Part shown: in pieces, positions 1-14,663 of the stretch
Numbering within the stretch: position 1 is the stretch's first letter
How the letters are laid out: the number at the start of each line of letters is the position of its first letter
NCBI RefSeq assembly: GCF_006345805.1
Contig: NC_043006.1
Location: forward strand, 67,208,001 to 67,272,000
Length of the DNA: 64,000 bases
From: Octopus sinensis
Lineage: Eukaryota
Direction of reading: 5' to 3'
Notes under the pieces: model-generated
What the model was told of the DNA's origin: nothing
The model's database searches: none
Seen by the model: only the letters and a program-made list of their open reading frames with translations
Made by a program: the position numbers and the translations under genes

Positions 1-346
1 GGGTTGTTTAAGATTGTTGAAAAAACCACCCATGTCACCAGAGGTGAATTATTCAAACCCCAAAGAATCCCTCTCAACACATGGCTATGATGCTCCCCCA
101 CTACTTCTGCTCGTGATCAGAGATGCACATATCGTCAGCCACTGAGGGCCATGCTCAACTGGTTAAGGTCAAACAACTGACAAGCAAATCTGTGGTATTG
201 AGAGAGAATATTTGCTGTAGCCCATCTTTTATACCAAGACAAAACAATGTACATGATAACACTTCCAATCAGTTAAGATCAGAAGCCATGAGAGCCACTG
301 CCTGGTACTGCATCAGGGCATTATTATTATTATTATTATTATTATT

Positions 347-461
<115 letters not shown>

Positions 462-755
462 TATTATTATATTATTTACATTGCTATATTCCGACGAGGT
501 TGACATTGCCCTTCATATTTTCGTAGTCCATAATAAAAAAGAATCAGTTGAACACTGGGAGGCGATGAAATCGTTTGATCCTCTCCACCAAAATTACTGT
601 CCTGTGGCAAAGTTTGAAACCTTATCATCATCAGTATTATATATTATTATTATTATTATTATTGAGTGATAGAGCAGTTTATTATTATTATTATTATATT
701 ATTATTATTATATTATTATTATTATTATTATTCTTATTATTATTTTATTATTAAT

Positions 756-797
<42 letters not shown>

Positions 798-1107
798 TTA
801 TTATTATCATCATCATCATCATCATCATTATTATATTATTATTATCATTATTATTATATATTATTATTATTATATTATTATTATTATTATTATTATTTAC
901 ATTGCTATATTCCGACGAGGTTGACATTGCCCTTCATATTTTCGTAGTCCATAAAAAAAAGAAACAGTTGAACACTGGGAGGCAATGAAATCGTTGATCC
1001 TCTCCACCAAAATTACTGTCCTTGTGGCAAAGTTTGAAACCCTTATTATCATCAGTATTATCATTATATTATTATTATATTAATTATTATTATTATTATT
1101 ATCATTA

Positions 1108-1138
<31 letters not shown>

Positions 1139-1195
1139 TATTATTATTATTCATCATCATCATTATTATATTATATTATTATTATTATTATTATT

Positions 1196-1226
<31 letters not shown>

Positions 1227-1230
1227 TATT

Positions 1231-1800
1231 GAGTGAGAGAGCAGTTCATGCCATCAAAGTGACACTGGGGTAAAATATACGAAGCCCAATATACCCATCA
1301 TGACTACCCGTCTGATAAAGGTACACCAGGCACATGCATCACAACCATATGTGCGCGACATGGTGATCTCATATCAAGATAAACAGCACATGACCTTGCA
1401 GGTGGGGCCCAGTTAGAATTTTCTTCAGGTTGAGTAGCCCATCCCGCTCAAACGGTCCCTGAATAAGGGTTGTTTAAGGATGTTGAAAGAACCACCCATG
1501 TTTCCAGAGGTGAAATATTCAAACCCCAAAGAATCCCTCTCAACACATGGCTATGATGCTCCCCCACTACTTCTGCTCGTGATCAGAGATGCACATATCG
1601 TCAGCCACTAAGGGACATGCTCAACTGGTTAAGGTCAAACAACTGACAAGCAAATCTGTGGTATTGAGCAGAATATTTGCTGTAGCCCATCTTTTATACC
1701 AAGACAAAACAATGTACATGATAACACTCCAATCAGTTAAGATCAGAAGCCATGAGAGCCACTGCCTGGTACTGCATCAGGGCATGTACTGCATCAGGGC
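1231..1800 (-). mobile_element. ~555-bp non-coding retroposon-like element in (TAA)n (copy 2)
   Basis: Flanked on both sides by (AAT)n. The minus strand reads gccctgatgcagtacc...ctctctcactc-aataat. Near-identical copies lie at 1-319 and 3017-3587, and a diverged copy at 5444-5908. Confidence 0.75.
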
Positions 1801-1823
1801 TATTATTATTATTATCATCATCA

Positions 1824-1879
<56 letters not shown>

Positions 1880-2101
1880 CATCATCATCATTAATTATTA
1901 TTATTATTATTATTATTATCATTTTATTATTATTATTATTTACATTGCTATATTCCGACGAGTTGACATTGCCCTTCATATTTTCGTAGTCCTTAAAAAA
2001 AAGAATCAGTGAACACTGGGAGGCGATGAAATCGATTCATCCTCTCCACCAAAATTACTGTCCTTGTGCAAAGTTTGAAACCCTTATCATCATCAGTATT
2101 A

Positions 2102-2154
<53 letters not shown>

Positions 2155-2223
2155 TTTTATTATTATTATTATTTTATTATTATTATTATATTATTATTAT
2201 TATTATTATTATCATCATCATCA

Positions 2224-2267
<44 letters not shown>

Positions 2268-2470
2268 TACATTGCTATATTCCGACGAGGTTGACATTGT
2301 CCTTCATACTTCGTAGTCCTTAAAAAAAAGAATCAGTTGAACACTGGGAGGCGATGAAATCGTTTGATCCTCTCCACCAAAATTACTGTCCTTGTGGCAA
2401 AGTTTGAAACCCTTATCATCATCAGTATTATCATTATTATTATTATTATTATTATTGAGTGATAGAGCAG

Positions 2471-2536
<66 letters not shown>

Positions 2537-2550
2537 ATTATTATTATTAA

Positions 2551-2586
<36 letters not shown>

Positions 2587-2858
2587 CATCATCATCATCA
2601 TCATCATTATTATTATTATTATTATTATCATTATTATATTATTATTATTATTATATTATTATTATTATATTATTATTATTTACATTGCTATATTCCGACG
2701 AGGTTGACATTGCCCTTCATATTTTCGTAGTCCATAAAAAAAAGAAACAGTTGAACACTGGGAGGCAATGAAATCGTTTGATCCTCTCCACCAAAATTAC
2801 TGTCCTTGTGGCAAAGTTTGAAACCCTTATTATCATCAGTATTATCATTATTATTATA

Positions 2859-2890
<32 letters not shown>

Positions 2891-2948
2891 CATTATTATT
2901 ATTATTATTATCATTATTATATTATTATTATTATTATTATCATCATCA

Positions 2949-2988
<40 letters not shown>

Positions 2989-3016
2989 CATTATTATTAT
3001 TATTATTATTATTATT

Positions 3017-3587
3017 GAGTGAGAGAGCAGTTCATGCCATCAAAGTGACACTGGGGTAAAATATACGAAGCCCAATATACCCATCATGACTACCCGTCTG
3101 ATAAAGGTACACCAGGCACATGCATCACAACCATATGTGCGCGACATGGTGATCTCATATCAAGATAAACAGCACATGACCTTGCAGGTGGGGCCCAGTT
3201 AGAATTTTCTTCAGGTTGAGTAGCCCATCCCGCTCAAACGGTCCCTGAATAAGGGTTGTTTAAGGATGTTGAAAGAACCACCCATGTTTCCAGAGGTGAA
3301 ATATTCAAACCCCAAAGAATCCCTCTCAACACATGGCTATGATGCTCCCCCACTACTTCTGCTCGTGATCAGAGATGCACATATCGTCAGCCACTAAGGG
3401 ACATGCTCAACTGGTTAAGGTCAAACAACTGACAAGCAAATCTGTGGTATTGAGCAGAATATTTGCTGTAGCCCATCTTTTATACCAAGACAAAACAATG
3501 TACATGATAACACTTCCAATCAGTTAAGATCAGAAGCCATGAGAGCCACTGCCTGGTACTGCATCAGGGCATGTACTGCATCAGGGC
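3017..3587 (-). mobile_element. ~555-bp non-coding element (copy 3)
   Basis: Essentially identical to 1231-1800, including the 17-nt terminal duplication atgtactgcatcagggc. Confidence 0.75.
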
Positions 3588-3607
3588 TATTATTATTATC
3601 ATCATCA

Positions 3608-3656
<49 letters not shown>

Positions 3657-3670
3657 CATCATCATCATCA

Positions 3671-3701
<31 letters not shown>

Positions 3702-3904
3702 CATTATTATTATTATTATTATTTACATTGCTATATTCCGACGAGGTTGACATTGCCCTTCATATTTTCGTAGTCCTTAAAAAAAAGAATCAGTTGAACA
3801 CTGGGAGGCGATGAAATCGATTCATCCTCTCCACCAAAATTACTGTCCTTGTGGCAAAGTTTGAAACCCTTATCATCATCAGTATATCATTATTATTATT
3901 ATCA

Positions 3905-3961
<57 letters not shown>

Positions 3962-4031
3962 TATTATTATTATATTATTATTATTATTATTATTATATTA
4001 TTATATTATCATCATCATCATATTATTATTA

Positions 4032-4065
<34 letters not shown>

Positions 4066-4261
4066 TACATTGCTATATTCCGACGAGGTTGACATTGTCC
4101 TTCATACTTTCGTAGTCCTTAAAAAAAAGAATCAGTTGAACACTGGGAGGCGATGAAATCGATTCATCCTCTCCACCAAAATTACTGTCCTTGTGGCAAA
4201 GTTTGAAACCATTATCATCATCAGTATTATCATTATTATTATTATATTATTATTATTATTA

Positions 4262-4299
<38 letters not shown>

Positions 4300-4353
4300 C
4301 ATTATTATATTATTATATTATTATTATATATTATTATTATATTATTATTATCA

Positions 4354-4386
<33 letters not shown>

Positions 4387-4520
4387 TATTATCATCATCA
4401 TTATTATATTATTATTATTATTATTATTGTTATTATATTATTATTATTATTATTATTATATTATTATTATTATTATTATTATTATTATCATCATCATCAT
4501 GAGCATCATCATTATTATTG

Positions 4521-4724
4521 AAGCGGCGAGCTGGCAGAATCGCTGGACGAAATGCTTCTCAGTATTTCGCCCATCGCTACATTCTGAGTTCAAATTCCGC
4601 CGAGGTCGACTTCACCTTTCATCCTTTCGGGACGATAAATTAAGTACCAGTTGAGTAATGGGGTCGATGTGATCGACTGACCCCCTACCCGCAAAATACC
4701 GGTTTTGTGCCTATAGCAGAAAAG
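4521..4724 (+). mobile_element. tRNA-derived SINE family A
   Basis: Head gcggcgagctggcagaatcg...gagttcaaattccgccgagg, with a body and (ATT)n tail shared by many copies in the window. Confidence 0.85.
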
Positions 4725-4734
4725 ATTATTATTA

Positions 4735-5428
4735 TTTTCATATACACTCAACAGATTAGACTGTTAGAAAAGAAAAAAATCCTAATATCGGGCTAAAACA
4801 AGTAGACCTAGACCCCAAGAACCCTCCTATCGGGCTGCAACAATTAACCTTAGATGCCAAGAACCCTCCTAAGTGTCCTAGCTGACCCTAATAACACTGT
4901 TTTCTGCAGATATACTAAAGTGGGTTTTATGGCTATTTCTTCTATCCGTCTGTTCAAATCTTTAGGGATAGTTCCCAATGCACTTATAACTACTGGGATA
5001 CATTTTACCTGCACTTACCATAGTCTCTGTAATTCAACAGCTAGGTCCTGGTAGTTTGCTATTTTTCTATACTTCTCATGTTAATGTTTTCGTCATTTGG
5101 CACTGTAAAGTCAATTATCTGGTACTTTCTATTCCCAGACCTAGCTTCTATTAATTTATCAGTCTTAGAACATCTTATATTTCTTACTTTCTAGTTTTTA
5201 CTAGGTTCATCTTCATACCATTTATTAGTATGTTCAAATACAAGCCTTCTAGATAACTCCCAATAGGTTATTCCCCCTAGATGGTCATGTTTTTCTTGTA
5301 TTCTTTCTGTGCCAGCATGCTACAATCGCTTACTATGTGAGTAAGGCTTTCCTCTTTTGATTTGCATAATCTACATTGGGAATCTAATTTGCTTTTGTCT
5401 ATCTTGGCTTTTATTCAATTAGTCCTTA
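4735..5428 (-). mobile_element. R4/Dong-like LINE 3' fragment (subfamily D), decayed
   Basis: The minus strand encodes ELQRLW*VQVKCIPVVISALGTIPKDL...LQKTVLLGSARTLRRVL, the RLE C-terminus also seen at 6671-6970 and 9908-10258. It ends in (AAT)n. Confidence 0.75.
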
Positions 5429-5443
5429 ATTATTATCCTTTTT

Positions 5444-5908
5444 GAGTGAGAGAGCAGTGCATGCGATCAATATAACACTGCGGCAAAATATACGAAGCCC
5501 AGTATACTTATCATGACTACCCGTCTGATAAGGGTACACCAAGCACATTCATCACAACCATATGTGCGCTACGTGGTGGTCTCATATCAAGATAAACAGC
5601 GCATGACTTAGCAACTGGGGCCCAGTTAGAATTTTCTTCGGGTCGAGTAGTCCATCCCACACAAAAGGTCCATGAGTAAGGTTTGCTTAGGGATGTTGAA
5701 CGAAACACTCATATTTCCAAAGGTGAATTATCCAAGCCCTAAAGAATCCCTCTCAACACATGTCTATGATGCTCTCCCACTAGTTCTGCTCAGAGATGCA
5801 CATATTGTCAGCCACTAAGGGACATGCTCAACTGATTAATGTCAAACAACTGACAAGCAAATCTGTGGTATTGAGCAGAATATTTGCTGCAACTCTTCTT
5901 TTACACAA
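5444..5908 (-). mobile_element. Diverged, 5'-truncated copy of the ~555-bp element
   Basis: Starts gagtgagagagcagtgcatgcgatcaa and aligns colinearly with 1231-1700, with many substitutions. Confidence 0.75.
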
Positions 5909-5911
5909 AGA

Positions 5912-6330
5912 AAATCGTTAGCAAGCCGGACAAATGCTCAGCGGTATTTCACCCGTCATTATGCTGAGTTCAAATTCCACCGAGGTAGCTTTTGCCTGTC
6001 ATCTTTTCGGGGTCGATAAATTAAGTACCAATCAAACGCTAGAGTCGATGTGATCGACCTTCCCTTTCCCCCACAAATTTCAGGCTTTGGGCCTTTAGAA
6101 GAAAGGATAGTTATTATTATTACTAAAGCGTTGAACTGGTAACATTAGCACGCCGGGCGAAATGCTTATCGTCCGTCTTTACATTCTGAGTTCAAATTCC
6201 GCCGAAGTTTACTTTCCTTTTAATCATTTTGAGGTCGATAAATTGAGTACCAGTGAAGTACTAGGGTCGATGTAATTGATTTAACCCCTCCTCCAAAATA
6301 TCAGGACTTGTGTCCATTGTAGAAAGGATT
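5912..6330 (+). mobile_element. Two tandem SINE family A copies
   Basis: Family A head/body at ~5912-6110 and ~6125-6330, each followed by (ATT)n. Confidence 0.8.
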
Positions 6331-6334
6331 ACTA

Positions 6335-6369
<35 letters not shown>

Positions 6370-6370
6370 G

Positions 6371-6437
<67 letters not shown>

Positions 6438-6461
6438 CATCATTATTATTATTATTATTAT

Positions 6462-7040
6462 TCTATGTTTGACTTTTGCTTTATATTTGTACAAGTTGGC
6501 TCCAGGTCTCACCCAGAGACCTCAAGAGACAACAGGGTTGGAAGTTCATGTTGTTGTTATGCCTAGTGTGCCATATATTTGGGGGGTGGGGATGTTGTAC
6601 TAATGAATGTCTAAAAAAAATAAGGTTTTTTTTTTTTAACCGAAAATTATGTTTGTTTTAAACCTTGAGATTACATAGAGAGTATTTTGCGTAGGATATG
6701 AGCAGTTCCCATGAGCACTATCTTTTGAACTTCTGCCAATTTTGGGTTTCCTGGTATCTGAGTTAGGTAGCTATCAGCCCCTTTTGCTATCATTCCCAGG
6801 GCACCTATGACAACAGGTATTGTTTTAGTCTTCAGCTTCCACATTTTGCTGATTTCTATTTCAAGATCTTTATAATTGCTCAGTTTTTGGTAGGTCTTGA
6901 CAGATACGTTTATATCGATTGGGACAGTCATATCAATGAGGAGGCATGTTCTTTGTTTGAAGTCTTTCAATATGATGTCTGGCCTATTTGCATCTATCTT
7001 CCTGTCAGTTTGAATGGTGAAGTTCCAGAGGAGTGAGATA
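6462..7040 (-). mobile_element. R4/Dong-like LINE 3' fragment (subfamily A)
   Basis: ORF 6671-6970 reads CLLIDMTVPIDINVSVKTYQKLSNYKDLEIEISKMW...IPVVIGALG, a restriction-like endonuclease region. A unique 3'UTR follows, and (TAA)n flanks both sides. Confidence 0.85.
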
Positions 7041-7044
7041 TAAA

Positions 7045-7120
<76 letters not shown>

Positions 7121-7123
<3 letters not shown>

Positions 7124-9667
7124 TAGTTTTATTTTTATAGCGTGCTTTCACTTAACTACCGAGCGCAGCTCTGTGTGCCTTGGGTATGTGCTGTGATTTG
7201 TTGTGATGCTCTGATGGCTATTGTATGAAAAGTGTTCTGCGTAGGATGTGTGTAGTGCCTAGTAGTGCAATTTTCTGTATGTTATATGTGTTTGTAAGTC
7301 CTGGTGTTTTTGTTATGTATTTTGTCTGAATATTTTTTTATCATGCCTAATGCACCTACTATGATAGGAATTGTTTCTGTTTTTAGATTCCACATTCTGG
7401 TTACCTCTATTTCCAGGTCTGTGTATTTTGAAAGTTTCTCCATTTCTTTTAGAGAAACGTTGTCATCTGCCGGTATTGATACATCAATTAGAAAGCATTT
7501 TTTTTTCTTCATGATCTCTGACAACTATATCTGGTCTGTTAGCCTTAATTTCTCTATATGTGTGTAACGGCATATCCCAGAGTATGGTTAGCCAGGACTG
7601 GGCAGCCAGAGATAATATGATTTATTGTTTCTTGTCCATCTCTACATATTCTGCAGTTACTTGTTATATTTCTTCTCATTACATGTTTTTGGTAATTTCT
7701 GGTGGGGAGGCTTTGGTCTTGTGCTGCAATTAAAAATCCCTCTGTCTCTGCTTTGAGTCCTGAGCTTCTCAACCATTGCTGGGATTTTTCTTTGTCTATT
7801 TCTTTTGCGTTTAGTTTAGTCCAGTATTTACCATGAAGGTGCTTTTCTTGCCATCGTTTTATCATGGTTCGTTGATGTTCTATTTTTAGTTTGGATTTCA
7901 TTTGTTTTATAGCTTTTGTTGTTTCTTCATCTTCTTCTTCTTCTTCTTCTTCATATTTATTAGGTGGTATGATTTCTTGTTTGTATTTGCCAGCTTCCTT
8001 AAATACTGAGAACAGTTTTTTGTTTTGCTCGTGTTTTGCCGCTATTTGTATCAGTTTTCCTTCCTTCTGAAGTAGATATTTTTGCACTCCTATGGTGGTT
8101 ATTTTATAGTAGTTTTCCAGCTCTATAAGGCCTCTACCACCTTCTATACGTTGTATATATAGTCTTTCTATGTCAGATTTTGGGTGATGCATCCTAGATC
8201 CTGTCATTATTTTTCTTGTTTTCCTATCTATTTTGGTCAGTTCATTTAGTGTCCAGTTAAGGATATTGTAGCTGTAACTTATAACTAGGACAGCTAAAGT
8301 GTTAATACCTATTATCTTGTTTTTAGCATTTAGCTATGTTTTTAGTATTGATATAACTCGTCTATAATATTCTTTTTTTATTTTCTCTTTCATTTGTGTG
8401 TGTTGTGTCTTATCTAGTTCATGGATTCCTAAGTATTTGTAAGTTTGGCTTTGGTCTAATTCTTTTATTTCATTGGTTTTATCTAGTGTGATGTTACTAC
8501 TCTTAACTAGTTTTCCTCTTTTCATGGTTACTTTGGCGCATTTTTCTAATCCAAATTACATATTTATTTCTTTGGTAAATCCATGAACTGTCTTTGATAG
8601 TGTTTCCAGCTGTTTGTCATTTGCAGCGTATAGTTTTAGGTCATCCATATATAAAAGGTGGCTGATCGTTTTGCCGTAACATTTATATCCGCATCCAGTT
8701 CTATTTAGCATATCAGATAGAGGTCACAGTGCCAAGCAGAAAAGGAGTGGAGAGAGCGTGTCTCCCTGGAATATTCCTCTTCTAATGGGGATGGCTTTGG
8801 TTTTCATGAGTCCCTCTTTTGTTTGGTGCTGTAGCACTGTTTGCCATTTATTCATAGAGTGCCCTATGAATTTTATAATTGCTGGTGCTACTTTGTTAAT
8901 GGCTAGTGTTTCGAAGATCCATGTGTGGGGGATGCTATCAAACGCCTTTTTGTAGTCGATCCTGGCCATACTGAGGCCTTTCTTTTTTCCGTGGCTGTCT
9001 TCAGTTATGGCTTTATTAATCATTAGTTGATCTTTAAAGCCATATGAGCTCTTGCGACATCCTTTCTGCTCTTCTGGAAACAGGTTGTTTTCGTCCAGGT
9101 GCTTGTTCTAGCTCTGCGATATCACTGCAGTAAATGCCTTGTACATTGTAGGGAGACAGGTTATTGGTCTGTAGTTTTCTGGTTTTGCTGTCTCATTTGA
9201 TTTGGGAATTAAGATGGTTTTCCCCTTCGTGAGCCTTTTCAGACATTGTCTCTGGCTATGCTAGTATGTTGTTAAAGTTTTCAGCCAGCTTTTTGTGCCT
9301 TCCTGTTAGATATTTCAACCAGAAGATGGGGATCTTGTCATGCCCAGGTGCCTTCCAGTTGCTTAGTCTTTGCAGTGCCTGGGTGACCTCTTCAGTTGTT
9401 ATGGGGGTCCAAAGTTGCTCAGATGCTGAGTTTGTAGTTTCAATACTCCTTTTTTTTTGGTTGTTCGTTCGCCGACCATATTTCTCTCCAGAATTCTTCC
9501 ACTTCTTCTGCCGTTGGTGCTGCAGTGATTTTTATTTTATTTTTGCCAAGTTCTTGGTAGAACTTTTTGTTTTGTTCAAAGAAGCGCAGGCGTTTCTCGT
9601 ACCGGTGGATCCTTTGTGCTTTGGCAAGGATATCTTGCTTCAGATTTTCTTTTATCTCAGGTAAATC

Positions 9668-9670
<3 letters not shown>
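7121..9670 (-). mobile_element. R4/Dong-like LINE (subfamily B), 5'-truncated: RT, CCHC knuckle, RLE; frameshifted
   Basis: RT motifs IDYKKAFDSIPH and GIFQGDTLSPLLFCLAL (8724-9023). CRIC...HIISGC knuckle (7554-8207). RPDIVV...LIDVSIPADDN...KLSKY endonuclease. Sequence appears to be missing between the knuckle and the RLE. (TAA)n flanks both sides. Confidence 0.9.
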
Positions 9671-9751
<81 letters not shown>

Positions 9752-9820
9752 TATTATTATCATCATCACCATCATCAACATCATCATCATCATTATTAAT
9801 ATTATTATCATTATTATTAT

Positions 9821-10970
9821 CACTTTTATTGCCATTGCTCAGCTTCTAACGCTGGAGATGTACTACGGTGTCATCTGTTCACTACCAGTGAACTAAGATA
9901 ACACCTCTTATTTTTCGAACAGCTTCCGGGGTATTCGAGCGGTTCCAAGCAGTGCTGTTTTCTGCAATTGCTCCACCCTTATTGCAGCCTGTATTTGTTC
10001 CACGTACTTCTCAAGATTTTTACTCACTTTTCCCAGGGCTCCGACAATTGTTGGTTCTACTACCACGTTTTTCAGCGACCAGAACCGCTTAACCTCCCAA
10101 GCTAACTTGTCATATCTATCGACTTTTATTTCTTCCTTATCGCATACCTTGTTGAGTGCTGGACATGCTATATGTATGATCCAGCATAGTTTGGTTTCTT
10201 TCTCAATTAAGACAATGTCTGGCTTCCTATTCTCTATCTCATGGTCACACTGAATCAAAAAATCACGATGACTTCAGGTTTGTGGTCGTACCAATTTTTT
10301 GCTCTGTCAAGTCCATATTTGTTGCAAAGTATCCAAATTACAAGCCTGGCAACATTGTCGTGGCGTCTCTTATATTCCTTCTGGGCTAGTAGCCTACATT
10401 GGCTGGTAATATGCCATACGGTTTCACCGTTTTGTCCATAGATTCTGCACTTATCACTTTCTGATGTGTTGTCTGTTCTGTATTTTATGTAATGTGTTCT
10501 TAGTGCTTGCTCTTGGGCAGCACAGATTAGAGCCATCGTTTCCGGTTTTAAATTACTTTAGTCATCCACAGTCATCTTTTTTCTCTGTCTGTCTTATCTT
10601 CAACATCCCTATGAAATTGTCCATGCATTTTTTTTTCTTTACCCACCTGTTCTTAGTTTCATTCGTTTTCACTTTCTTGTATTGTGCTTTATCTTTGCAA
10701 TCTTTCATCCTACAAAGCCTGACCTTTTTACTCCTAGTAATAGAAGTTCTGTGACATTTTTTACATACCATACTATGTTGTTTTCTTCTGCTCTAATGCT
10801 ATGTTCGCATCCAATAAGTCCTGTTCCCCCTCTTTTTCTTTGTACATAGAGTTTGTCTGTGTCGCTTTTTGGGTAGAGTGACCCATATCTAGTAAGCAAC
10901 TTCCTTGTCTTTCTGTCTAGGCTGTTTAGTCCGTCTATTCTCCACGCAATTACCTCTGCTCCATATCTAA
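9821..10970 (-). mobile_element. R4/Dong-like LINE 3' fragment (subfamily C)
   Basis: LYVQRKRGGTGLIG, CAAQEQALRT, CRIYG...HITSQC, and KPDIVLIEKETKLCWIIHIACP...RYDKLAWEV. It has its own 3'UTR and a (TAA)-type flank. Confidence 0.85.
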
Positions 10971-10971
10971 G

Positions 10972-11093
10972 GACCCGAAAGGATAAAAAGCAAAGTCGAC
11001 CTCAGCCGAATTTGAACTCAGAATATAGCGATGGGCGAAATATCACTAAGCATTTCACCCAGCGGGATATCGATTTTGTCAGCTAGCCGCCTT
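10972..11093 (-). mobile_element. SINE family A head fragment
   Basis: Reverse complement of the family A head/body start. Confidence 0.7.
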
Positions 11094-11097
11094 AATG

Positions 11098-11158
<61 letters not shown>

Positions 11159-11499
11159 CAATAGCAAAAAGGTAAAGGGGAACGAAAACAAAGAGAAGGG
11201 AAGAAGATGAAGAGGAAGGGGGAGACAGAAGCGGGAGGTCGAGGAGGAGGGAAGGAGGATGAAGAGGGGGATGGAGTGTGAAATTAAAGGTGAAAGAGAC
11301 GGGAAAGCGGCAGAATAATTGAGTAGAAGAGCTTTTGAAGATGATGGGCCTGAGGCAGTTCCTGTTGCTTGACTTTATAAAAATCGAACAAGCTGTCAAA
11401 CCCTCCCAACACACCCAAAACACACACATACACACACACGCACGCACGCACACGCGTTCACACAGTGACACACAGACATACAGGTGTGTATTGTGTTAA

Positions 11500-12450
<951 letters not shown>

Positions 12451-12699
12451 ATAAATATTGTCTTTTGCAGTAAAGTACTGAGATGAGCCGATGAAAAGTT
12501 ATGTTAATGACTTAGACAGAAGACAAAAGACGAAAGAAATTTGTGATGAGACACATACAATAGCAGTGAAGTGTATTAATACTATACTCAAGGAGTTTAG
12601 AATTTCTTTCCTGCGGCCAGTTGGAAGCCGACCACATACAATATGGGAAAGAACGCCGAAAAAATATTGGTGGATAGTATAATAAAAACAAGAACGGAA

Positions 12700-12970
12700 G
12701 GAAATTTGATAAAGTGCAACGGGAAGGAATATATTTATCAACAATTAGAATTAAGATTTTCCAGCTATTGACCGTAATTTTGAATGCAAAATGAAGACAA
12801 TTCAGGCTGATACACTGGTTGTGCTGACTGGGGGAAAAAAAAGGAATTTTTCAAGATGATTAAATCAAAAATCGACAAGTTCCTCATGTTATATTCCAAA
12901 ATTAGATTAGGGCTTCATTATTATACTTATGGCTACGTGACATCAGAATGAACAGCGCCAGCAACCTGTT
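12700..12970 (+). mobile_element. Highly decayed CR1/L2-type LINE 3' remnant
   Basis: FFKMIKSKIDKFL...GYV resembles the end of the ORF at 27856-28605 (FKRSLDRFL...GY). Confidence 0.3.
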
Positions 12971-14362
12971 TGAAGGTCTTTGTGACAGCTAAGACGGAGG
13001 AAGGAAAATACAAGATCTCATTATCTTAAATTGGAAATCTAGTCCGTATGCTTGTAAAAAATTAAAGGTAGAGACACATACTAGTCAGTGGAGATAATTT
13101 AATCCGAATGTTTGTAAAAATGGGAGGTAGAGACACCTACCGGCCAGTAGTAGTTTTAAACTGGTCCACGTCTTATCACCACAGATAATATATCGCATGT
13201 TGTTAATGTGAGCAGACGTTTCTCTAACTCTAAATGTGATTAGTGTCTAGTTTCGAGTATTAGAGGTAGCCTTTTTGTGTGCACACAAGCCCTGATAACC
13301 ATAGCAGTAAAATCACACTCAATTGAGAACCTATAATTTTAACGAACAGGTTATACATCGGTTAATATAGTCCAATGTATACTATACGTAGAAAATGGAC
13401 GACATGCTTATATTCGCAATGGTTTCACTGCGTTGGCCCCATCAGGAATGATTTGCAATAAAACCAACGACAGCAATGGCCTCATGAACTGGATATTCGT
13501 GGCTGCACCGTTTTCAAGTATAACTTTATTCATTCAAGCTGATATGGAACTAAGCAATGACTATTGGTAGCACTCCTATAGCCAACAATGCTACAGTCAC
13601 AGAATAGTACAATATTTCTTATCACCGTGATCACCGTGACCGACCAGACTATCAGATGTTGCTACACATGTAGATGGGCAAAGTACGAGGGTATTCATTA
13701 AAGATTTCTCCTGACTCACTTCCGGTTATTGAAGAAAACAGAACTTATACAGGTATAATTAGATATGTTTCTACGTGTCACATTTTAAACTGCAGCTTTC
13801 CACTAATATTCATTTGTCGTTTACGTCTGCTGAAGTGGACTAAGGCGTTGAATGCAGATCAGTTCCACTTCTTAGTTTACGAATTCCTTCAAATCGGAAC
13901 TCTTAAACGAAAACAAGCTTACGTACATACATACATACATACATACATACAGACAGACAGACAGACAGACAGACATTAAATACCAATCTTGAAAAATTAG
14001 GCTTCTCAAAATTAGAAAGGAAAAAGCTTATTCGAAGACTACAGATCTAATACATCACTGGAACTAAAAATCTGTAAAATTTTCCAGGCAATTATCATTT
14101 AAATATATATGAGCATGTCTATGTAACTATATGTATGAGAATACATACATAAAACATACAAATCTGCGCATACATACATTCATACAAAAATACCCTGTTG
14201 TTGATGTTGAAATTCCAATGAAGGAACCTTGAATCTAGGTTAGAAACCGACTCTTTCTCTAATAGCAGGAAATCTTGAAATAAAACTTAACAATGACATG
14301 CACACGCACATACATACATATATACGTACATGGGGGTATGTGTATGTTGTTGTTGTTGTTGT

Positions 14363-14398
<36 letters not shown>

Positions 14399-14410
14399 TA
14401 TGTGTGTGTG

Positions 14411-14610
14411 TTCGAATTCAAATTCGGCCGAGGTCGACTTTGCCTTTCAACATTTCGGAGTCAATTAAATAAGTACCAGTTAGTCACTGAAGTCGATGTA
14501 ATCGATTCATGCCCACGTCCAACGAGCTTGTTGGCCTTGTGCCAAAATTTATTATTATTATTATTATTATTATTATATTATTATTATTATTACCATTATT
14601 ATTATTATCA

Positions 14611-14663
<53 letters not shown>

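Noticed and set aside
1575-1610. Hammerhead in the 555-bp element (CTGACGA...GAAG on minus strand)
   Set aside because: There is no GAAA and no complementary stem I.
13684-13920. Mariner remnant starting tacgaggg
   Set aside because: No matching second TIR or transposase motif was found.
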